Shown: piece after piece, positions 25,164 through 32,055 of the stretch
Numbering within the stretch: position 1 is the first letter of the stretch
How the letters are laid out: each line of letters begins with the position of its first letter
Program-made: the position numbers and the translations under genes
Origin: Candidatus Woesearchaeota archaeon
GTDB taxonomy: Archaea > Nanobdellota > Nanobdellia > Woesearchaeales > GW2011-AR4
Assembly: GCA_016185955.1 (NCBI GenBank)
Contig: JACPMQ010000006.1
Coordinates: forward strand, 1 to 32,055
Length of the DNA: 32,055 nucleotides
Direction: 5' to 3'
The notes under the pieces: generated by a model
Seen by the model: only the letters and a program-made list of their open reading frames with translations
The model's database searches: none
What the model was told of the DNA's origin: nothing

Positions 25164-26099
25164 TTATTTCTCCAAAACCAAAATTTTTCTTGTCAAATTC
25201 CCGTGCACATAGCTTTCAAACTCGCTCTTTAATTTCAATTTTGATTTTTTTAGCAATTTTTTGTAGTTTACATAACTGGGAAATATTATCACTGCCCTTT
25301 TTATCAAAATCAATTCCAATTTTTTTATAACATCAAAATAAAATTTTTCAATATATTTTTTTAATAATTTTTTGTTTGATTTTGTAATCCTTACTTTGCC
25401 CATTATTGCAGCGTTTAAGCCATAGGGAAGATCAGAAACAATAAATTTGTATTTCCTGTCAATGCTGAAAAAATCCTTTACTTCCAATTCATAATTTTTT
25501 ATTTTGTAATGCCTTAAATTAACCATTGATTTCCAAATCATTTTTTTGTTTATGTCAAAGCCTATCGCCTTTAAGCTTATAAGCCCTGCTTCTATTAAAA
25601 TGCCTCCGGAGCCGCAGAAAGGGTCAAGTATAAGCTCGTTTTTTCCGGCTTTGGTTAAGTTAACCATTGCCCTTGCGAGCCTTGGATTGACTTTAGGCTT
25701 TTTTACATTTTTCCAGATATATGACGCAATATTGCTTTCTGAAAAAATTTCCTTGAATGCATTTTTGCCGTTGCTTTTTTTATTATTAAAATCTGAAAAT
25801 TCCGGAAATAATTTTTTAATCCTGACGCAAAAGCTGCCCTTGTAAACAGAATTCCAGTTAAAATTTTCCATGCATTTTAAAAAATTTTTATAGTCTGACT
25901 CAAAAAGCAGAAGAGATATGGAATTTGTGTATGCCAATCTTTTTGCAGCTTCATTGATGCTTATTCTTTCATTTTTTTTAGATGTGCATAAAACAAGCAC
26001 ATTTTCAATTAATTCACAGGATTTTGAATTTATGAGAGACAAAACTTCTTCCTTCGCAAGCGCAAGGTCATTTTTCAACAAGACAAAGATATATTTCAT
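25164..26099 (-). CDS. tRNA m2G10 methyltransferase (Trm11/TrmG10-like, THUMP + MTase); apparent internal deletion
   Basis: PRLARAMVNL, LDPFCGSGGILIEA, SDLPYG, YVHGNLTR; start taken as ATG 26099. Confidence 0.75.
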   Translation of the reverse strand: MKYIFVLLKNDLALAKEEVLSLINSKSCELIENVLVLCTSKKNERISINEAAKRLAYTNSISLLLFESDYKNFLKCMENFNWNSVYKGSFCVRIKKLFPEFSDFNNKKSNGKNAFKEIFSESNIASYIWKNVKKPKVNPRLARAMVNLTKAGKNELILDPFCGSGGILIEAGLISLKAIGFDINKKMIWKSMVNLRHYKIKNYELEVKDFFSIDRKYKFIVSDLPYGLNAAIMGKVRITKSNKKLLKKYIEKFYFDVIKKLELILIKRAVIIFPSYVNYKKLLKKSKLKLKSEFESYVHGNLTRKILVLEK

Positions 26100-26118
26100 G
26101 TTTAATGGCTTTAACTCC

Positions 26119-26305
26119 GTAACTGCTAACACAACCTAAGGGGTTTTTGCGAATTCTTATTCGTGCCTGTGCGGAGCCTTATACTCCTCTCAACTTCGCA
26201 ATGCTGCGGCATTGCTCAGGTCGCTTATCACAATCCTGTGAAACTTTCAGAATTGGCAATGACGCACAAGCACTTAATTCGCAAAAACCCCCTGTTAGCA
26301 GTTAC
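26119..26305 (+). mobile_element. MITE-like element, copy 5 (187 bp minimal form) with 8-bp target-site duplication
   Basis: Perfect 13-bp TIR; flanked by TTAACTCC at 26111-26118 and 26306-26313. Confidence 0.92.
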
Positions 26306-26370
26306 TTAACTCCGAAAGATTTAAATATTCTGCATTTAAGAGTTTTATTTCGGTTGCATTTTGCGTGAAA

Positions 26371-29300
26371 ATGATTAAAAAAAGAGGGGTTTGTAGCTAT
26401 AACTTATTGAATTATCTAATTTTGTCTTCTATATTCTCTGTTTTTTTTGTTTCCCTTTCTGCTGTTTCATTTGGCGTTGTTATAGAGCGCAATGTTACCT
26501 TGCAGGACTTTAACTTTAACTCGTCATCAACCTTTAACTTTACAACCAACAGAACTGCGCCTTTTGGTTATTTGAAATTTTATAATCTTTCCAATCCTTA
26601 CAGCAATGCTTATATAGAAGCAACTCAAGGCGCAAAATTATTGCAATTGGGGCATGGGACAAATTATCAGGATTTTGTTGATACTTTTAAAAAAGTGCCC
26701 TTAGCCAATTTTACAGATTTTATGAGCACGAAGTATGGCTCTTTCTCTTCTATTATGGTGTGGTCTAACACTATTATCGGTTTTATTATCCCAAACTCAA
26801 CAGATGGTTCTGAAGGAGGCTATTATTATGCCGCTATTTATATTATTGAGTTTAATATTAGCAGATCTGATATTCCATTTGCTAATATTACTTTTTATTA
26901 TAAATTCAACAACCAGTCTGGAAATAACACATTCGGCGATTTGGGAACATGTGCTGCGCATAATGATTTCCAAAGCTGCTTAGCGGATGTGCAGAATGAC
27001 TGTGACTGGAATAACCAAAAAGGGGTATGTGAGCAGAGCACCTATAGCTTTTCACCAATGTTACCAGCAGCAGAATGCGGAATGCTTCCAAAATTTGCAT
27101 GTGACGCCATTAATAGCAGTTATTGCCTATGGAATCCAAGCAGCGGCAAGCAAGGCAAATGCGAGCCTCAAGGAAGCATTAATCCAATTTATGGGTTTAA
27201 TTGCACTGCTGTAACTAACCATACCGTATGCAATGACCAGCACTTTACAGAGAAAACCGGATTATGCACTTGGGACAGTACAATAGCTAAGTGCCAAATA
27301 AATAAAACGAAAACCAATAGGGATATACCTACTCCAGCAGTATATTCATGCGAGGCTCCTGGATATATAGATAATAGAACAAAGTGCCAAAATCTTTCAG
27401 ATACATATTTTATGCCATGCGGCTTTAACAACCAAACAAGCAGATGTGAAAATATGTTCTTTGACTTTGGCAAATTTGACAAATTTGAAGATATAGGAAG
27501 CTCATCAACATGCCAAAATGCAGGTGGCACATGGAGAACGGAAACTGCATTTGACCCATTAAATAATGGTGTTACTAGCGAAAGCTGGTGTGAGTTTGGT
27601 GTGGCTATCAAAACATTCTCTTCAGTTGGCTCTTCTGGCACAAAAATGTTTAGTGGTACAATTGGAACTCTAAATGATTGCAGCAGGGATTGCTTTGCAT
27701 GTGAATTTAATGGCACTGGAGGCAGATGGCAGAATGTATCAGTAGCGCAGTCACAGTGTGAAGCGTCTACTGTTGGATGCAAGTTTAGAGCAGACTCTAA
27801 CTCTTTTAATGGTTTTGGATGGTGTGATCCTGCAAGTGGCTTCGGTGGCTTTAATTGCAATTCTTTTTGTGGAGACTGCAACCTAATGCCTCAGCCAAAT
27901 GCGTCATGCGTAAATTCTGCTGCTAATTGCAAATGGGATAATGTCACTAATTTTTGTGTAGGTGCTGGAACAAAGGGCTGCGACCAAGATTGTATGCAGT
28001 GCTTTGGTCAAACAAGCTGCCAACATTCTACAAAAATGGGAGGCTGTCAATGGGACTCTTCAGGATTTTTCTGCAAGCCGCAAGGAGGAAGCTTTGAGAT
28101 ATGCTTTGATGGTGTGGATAATGACAATAATGGCAAAACTGATTGCGCAGATTTTAAATGTTCTACTGATTCTTTTTGCGCTGGCGCTGTTGGTGACTCT
28201 AAAGGATGCTTCCAGTTTGATGAATTTTCATATAAGCCTAGTGATGGAAAGAATCATGCCAGAGGCAATTGCACAGCTACAACAGGATGCACTTGGGTTA
28301 CTGAAGAATTTGGCTTTTCATACTGCGCTCCTTTATCAGAGCAGTGTTTCTTAAATGAAAGTTACCAAACAAGCGCTTCTTTATGTGAAAATGTAGGCGG
28401 CGGTAATATTTGTAAATTTAAGCCTGAGACTCATTGTGAGACTAACAAAACAATGGTTGCTGTATGCTCAACAATTACTGTTAAGGATACATGCAATGCT
28501 AATTCAAAATGCGCATGGAGCGGAGCCGATGTTGGTGGATTTTGTGATTTAAAGCCAATTGTGCTTTGCGAAGATAATCAAACATTACAAAGCGATCCTA
28601 CATTATGCAGAACCTCAGGATGCGCGTGGATTGGAAGCCAATTTGGAATGTTTGAAGGAGGCTTCCATCAGAGTTGCGTAAGCCCATGCGGAAACAGAAG
28701 CATAGCATCAGCACAGGATTGCGCAGATTCTCTTGGCACAACATTTGCTGCAGGCAGTTGCGTATGGAAAACAGGATTTTGTGAGCCTGCAGACTTTATG
28801 GGAGGCTGTATGCAGAAAGATGGAGACTATAATGCTTGCAAATCAAATGGAAATTGCAAATGGAATGAAGCAATCTATGCACCTTTAAAACATCTAAATG
28901 GCTCGTCAAGTTTCCAAGATTATATGAATCCGAATGCTACAACATGGCTGGCTATAGGATTAAACTTGCCTATTGGCGGAGCAAATGAATCTGTTTATAA
29001 TTTAACTAAGATAATAGGCGGAAGCTATCTGGCTTTAGTAATGGCAAATGGCTCAAATACACAACTAAATATCTCGAGGCTATACTGTAATAATGATGTT
29101 TTAATGGAATACAATTGGTCAAAAGGAGAGACAGGAGAGGGTAGATGCCAAAAAGGAAGCTGTGATCGTTATAATAATTCCTATTTATGTGATGGAGACA
29201 GAGTCCATTATTACCTCCAAAATGTTACAAGGCAGCTGGAAGTGCTGTGGGAAGTTTCTATTGGATTGTTAAGATTGGATTCTAATGAAAATGACACTAA

Positions 29301-31806
29301 CGTTACAACTACACTCAACATCTCAACTGTTGTTATAAATGGAAACTTATCTGAGCATGTAACTGAAAATGCAACTGCCAAAGATGGCACAAATGCCACA
29401 AGAGTAAGAATATCAACAGGATTCTGCAATGACGGGCTTATGAATACCTTTTTTGCCGGCATGGATCAAGAGCCACCAATACCTATAGCAGCAGATAGAA
29501 CTTCAGATTTAAGCAGCGATACACCAAGCGATCATAGTTATTTAGATATTACTGGATTGGGAGTTAAAAAAACTCCAGAAGCTTATGCTTATGGAATACC
29601 TACTGCAAGTATGACTGGCTCAGCAATCTGTAATGCTGTTCCGTTGCAAGGAGGCTCATTTGGCAGAGGCACAAACAGCTCGAAATATTATCTGCATTTA
29701 GATACTGATGGCGTTCGCAGCGGTGGCTGTTCTCCAGAAGATAATACTACACTTCAAGGCTTTGAATACAGGTTTAAGTATGTAGCTGAGATAGGAAATG
29801 ATGGAAGGTTAACAGAAACTGTCTTAAGCCAGAAATGCTCAAATCAGGCATGGGTTGCAACAAATGTGCCGTTTAAATCAGACAGAAATAAGGGGTGCGG
29901 GTTTGTTAGCGGCCCTATTTTTGCAATAGACAAAAATACTTTTACAGGCAAGAGTGATGTTAATACAAGCGTTGGATGGAGAGCTTATGCGACAAGTGCG
30001 CATTCAGCAGGCAACGCGTCAAATGTTTCTGATAGAATAGGACCGGGCAGCGCTGATTTCAAAGGAATAGATGTTACTCTTGTAGACTGCACAAGCACTG
30101 CTGATAAGGATAATTCACAATGCACTAAATTCAAGCAGTTTGGATTTTTCCCAGGAGAATTTGGACCGGCTTGCATAGACAGCATAGATAATGACGGTGA
30201 TACTTTAACTGACTGCAATGACTTTGACTGCAAATATGATCCTTTCTTCTGCTCCGGAAGCTTTACTGCTTTAGCAGATGACAGCACAGCGCCTACATTA
30301 GTCTGGACTAAAGTCAATGACAAGCTTACAAATATGATTTCATTTATTTTTGATACAGGTGAGCCTGCAAACGGAACTGTAAGATTTTATAACAATGATT
30401 CACAATGCTCAACTTTAAATAACACTTTAAAGGATAAGGCATTGGAAGATAATGATGTATTTACCAATTACAGGCCTCATCATGTAACAGAGCTTACAGG
30501 GCTAGCTGCTAATAAGACATACTACTACAAATATGAAGTATGTGATCCGAGCGGCAATTGCGCAATAAGCAAATGCAGCAATGTAACTACCTCTTCAGCA
30601 TATTCTAATATAACATTTAAGTTAGATATACCGACTAACTGGAGTGTGGAAATCCCAAGCATAAACTTAACTAACTATACTCTGCCATATGCGTTAAAAG
30701 CATCTTCGCAGTTTTTGAACAATATTAATATAACCATTAGAAAGCAAGACAATACAAGCGCTATAACCTTTGTAGGAGTTGATATTTTTGAGAAACAATC
30801 ACTTAATGTTTCACAATTTGTTACAGGAAGCGGTTATGTTGGAATTGATGCTAACCAGTATCAGAGCTTTAAGCAAAAAGCAGGCATGGAAGAAGCTTTT
30901 GTTAAAATACCTTCAACAGGAGATACTGTAAGCCATTGTGATGACAGTGGCGCTAATTGCAAGGAAGTTACAAGCAAATTGACATGCACGTTTAAGACTT
31001 CTTATAGTGATTGTAAAGTGCCAGATGCTGTTGGATTGGGATTTTCAACATACAAGGCATCAACATCAAGCAGCAGCAGTTCAAGCTCTTCTTCAAGCTC
31101 TTCTTCAAGCTCTGGCGGCGGTGGAGGAGGAACTGCACCATTAACAAGCGCAAAAGAAGGCTCTTCAAAGACACAGTTTTGGCAGACAATAACAGCAGGA
31201 CAATCTTTAAACATGAATGTTGATAAGACAGACATACCTATTAAAAAATTGATAGTTACTTCCAAAAACACGCTTTCTAATGTGGAATTAAAGGTGGCAG
31301 TGCTTAAAGAAGCTCCAACTACACAAACAAGCCTTACAAACTCCGTTTACAAGTACATTTCAGTTGAAAAGAAAAATATAAAAGATGAGGATACAGGCAA
31401 TGTAGAAATTGAATTTAAGGTGGAAAAATCTTGGCTAACACAAAATAATATTAATGAAGACGATGTATTGCTTGCAAGATACACTGCATCATGGGAGATG
31501 CTTCCAACAACAAAGCAAAGCTCAGATGCTGCTTATGTAAATTATAAGGCAACTACTCCCGGATTTAGTTATTTTGCTATAGTAAGCAAGGAATCTCCAG
31601 TTGTAAGCGCGCCATTAGAGACTGTAACTGAATCAAAAATAACAGAGCAGCCAATAATACCAACTGCAGAAGTGGCTGTGCAAATACCGGAAAAAGAAAA
31701 AGTTGTTGCAAAAACAAGCAAAACAAGATATTGGTTTGCTATTACTGCATTAATACTTGCAGTACTTTCAGCATTTATGTGGTATAAAAAAAGGTCTGAA
31801 GACTAA
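26371..31806 (+). CDS. Large Cys-rich cell-surface glycoprotein with PGF-pre-PGF domain
   Basis: Signal peptide; many C-x-W...C repeats; two CxDxxDNDxxxxxDCxDxxC motifs; Fn3-like region; poly-Ser/Gly linker; TPGFSYFAI; C-terminal TM plus basic tail. Start may be GTG 26365. Confidence 0.85.
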   Translation: MIKKRGVCSYNLLNYLILSSIFSVFFVSLSAVSFGVVIERNVTLQDFNFNSSSTFNFTTNRTAPFGYLKFYNLSNPYSNAYIEATQGAKLLQLGHGTNYQDFVDTFKKVPLANFTDFMSTKYGSFSSIMVWSNTIIGFIIPNSTDGSEGGYYYAAIYIIEFNISRSDIPFANITFYYKFNNQSGNNTFGDLGTCAAHNDFQSCLADVQNDCDWNNQKGVCEQSTYSFSPMLPAAECGMLPKFACDAINSSYCLWNPSSGKQGKCEPQGSINPIYGFNCTAVTNHTVCNDQHFTEKTGLCTWDSTIAKCQINKTKTNRDIPTPAVYSCEAPGYIDNRTKCQNLSDTYFMPCGFNNQTSRCENMFFDFGKFDKFEDIGSSSTCQNAGGTWRTETAFDPLNNGVTSESWCEFGVAIKTFSSVGSSGTKMFSGTIGTLNDCSRDCFACEFNGTGGRWQNVSVAQSQCEASTVGCKFRADSNSFNGFGWCDPASGFGGFNCNSFCGDCNLMPQPNASCVNSAANCKWDNVTNFCVGAGTKGCDQDCMQCFGQTSCQHSTKMGGCQWDSSGFFCKPQGGSFEICFDGVDNDNNGKTDCADFKCSTDSFCAGAVGDSKGCFQFDEFSYKPSDGKNHARGNCTATTGCTWVTEEFGFSYCAPLSEQCFLNESYQTSASLCENVGGGNICKFKPETHCETNKTMVAVCSTITVKDTCNANSKCAWSGADVGGFCDLKPIVLCEDNQTLQSDPTLCRTSGCAWIGSQFGMFEGGFHQSCVSPCGNRSIASAQDCADSLGTTFAAGSCVWKTGFCEPADFMGGCMQKDGDYNACKSNGNCKWNEAIYAPLKHLNGSSSFQDYMNPNATTWLAIGLNLPIGGANESVYNLTKIIGGSYLALVMANGSNTQLNISRLYCNNDVLMEYNWSKGETGEGRCQKGSCDRYNNSYLCDGDRVHYYLQNVTRQLEVLWEVSIGLLRLDSNENDTNVTTTLNISTVVINGNLSEHVTENATAKDGTNATRVRISTGFCNDGLMNTFFAGMDQEPPIPIAADRTSDLSSDTPSDHSYLDITGLGVKKTPEAYAYGIPTASMTGSAICNAVPLQGGSFGRGTNSSKYYLHLDTDGVRSGGCSPEDNTTLQGFEYRFKYVAEIGNDGRLTETVLSQKCSNQAWVATNVPFKSDRNKGCGFVSGPIFAIDKNTFTGKSDVNTSVGWRAYATSAHSAGNASNVSDRIGPGSADFKGIDVTLVDCTSTADKDNSQCTKFKQFGFFPGEFGPACIDSIDNDGDTLTDCNDFDCKYDPFFCSGSFTALADDSTAPTLVWTKVNDKLTNMISFIFDTGEPANGTVRFYNNDSQCSTLNNTLKDKALEDNDVFTNYRPHHVTELTGLAANKTYYYKYEVCDPSGNCAISKCSNVTTSSAYSNITFKLDIPTNWSVEIPSINLTNYTLPYALKASSQFLNNINITIRKQDNTSAITFVGVDIFEKQSLNVSQFVTGSGYVGIDANQYQSFKQKAGMEEAFVKIPSTGDTVSHCDDSGANCKEVTSKLTCTFKTSYSDCKVPDAVGLGFSTYKASTSSSSSSSSSSSSSSSSGGGGGGTAPLTSAKEGSSKTQFWQTITAGQSLNMNVDKTDIPIKKLIVTSKNTLSNVELKVAVLKEAPTTQTSLTNSVYKYISVEKKNIKDEDTGNVEIEFKVEKSWLTQNNINEDDVLLARYTASWEMLPTTKQSSDAAYVNYKATTPGFSYFAIVSKESPVVSAPLETVTESKITEQPIIPTAEVAVQIPEKEKVVAKTSKTRYWFAITALILAVLSAFMWYKKRSED

Positions 31807-31820
31807 GTTCTTGATTTTGG

Positions 31821-32055
31821 GTAACCGCTAACACAGCATAAAGGGTTTTTGCGAAAGTAAGTGCTTGTGCGTAATTGCCAATTCAGAAAACTCCATAGGA
31901 TTGTGATAAGCGACCTGAGCAACATGAAATGTTGCGAAGCTGAGAGGTAAGTTAAGGCTCCGCACAAGCACTAAATTAAACTTTCGCAAAAACCCACCTT
32001 AAGGCTTTGTCATGGCACAGACGGACTTGTCGGACAAATCTATGTTAGCAGATAC
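31821..32055 (-). mobile_element. MITE-like element, copy 6 (235 bp, inverted orientation, ends at the last base of the window)
   Basis: GTAACCGCTAACA (31821-31833)...TGTTAGCAGATAC (32043-32055); core is the near-identical reverse complement of 22427-22527. Confidence 0.88.

Noticed and set aside
27189-27881. 230-aa antisense ORF (and the other shadow ORFs in the track)
   Set aside because: Fully opposite or inside well-supported genes, with no motifs; expected by-product of codon bias.
31060-31131. Low-complexity AGC/TCT/GGC repeat
   Set aside because: Encodes the ordinary Ser/Gly linker preceding PGF-pre-PGF domains.
26371-31806. Diversity-generating retroelement target
   Set aside because: No reverse transcriptase and no template/variable repeat pair seen in the window.

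Overview
AT-rich archaeal chromosome segment, most likely DPANN (Woesearchaeota-like), judged from the archaeal rps13-rps4-rps11-rpoD-tRNA-Leu-rpl18e-rpl13-rps9-rpoN operon, BHB-type tRNA introns and a PGF-pre-PGF surface protein. Other content: a 2-oxoacid (pyruvate) dehydrogenase E1a/E1b/E2 operon, ogt, a HemK-kinase fusion, a LOG protein, NAD kinase, a HAD nucleotidase, panE, leuS, an MNT-MNT-HEPN protein, a PLD nuclease, a Lon-like protease, ppsA, a Trm11-type methyltransferase and a 1.8-kaa Cys-rich surface protein. All three tRNAs carry introns, including non-canonical ones at 8/9 and 29/30. The most striking signal is non-coding: six copies of a MITE-like element with 13-bp terminal inverted repeats (GTAACTGCTAACA), 7-8 bp target duplications at two copies, and an interior built from exchangeable, nested hairpin modules. 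Both window ends fall in copies of it. All calls come from reading the sequence; no database searches were run.
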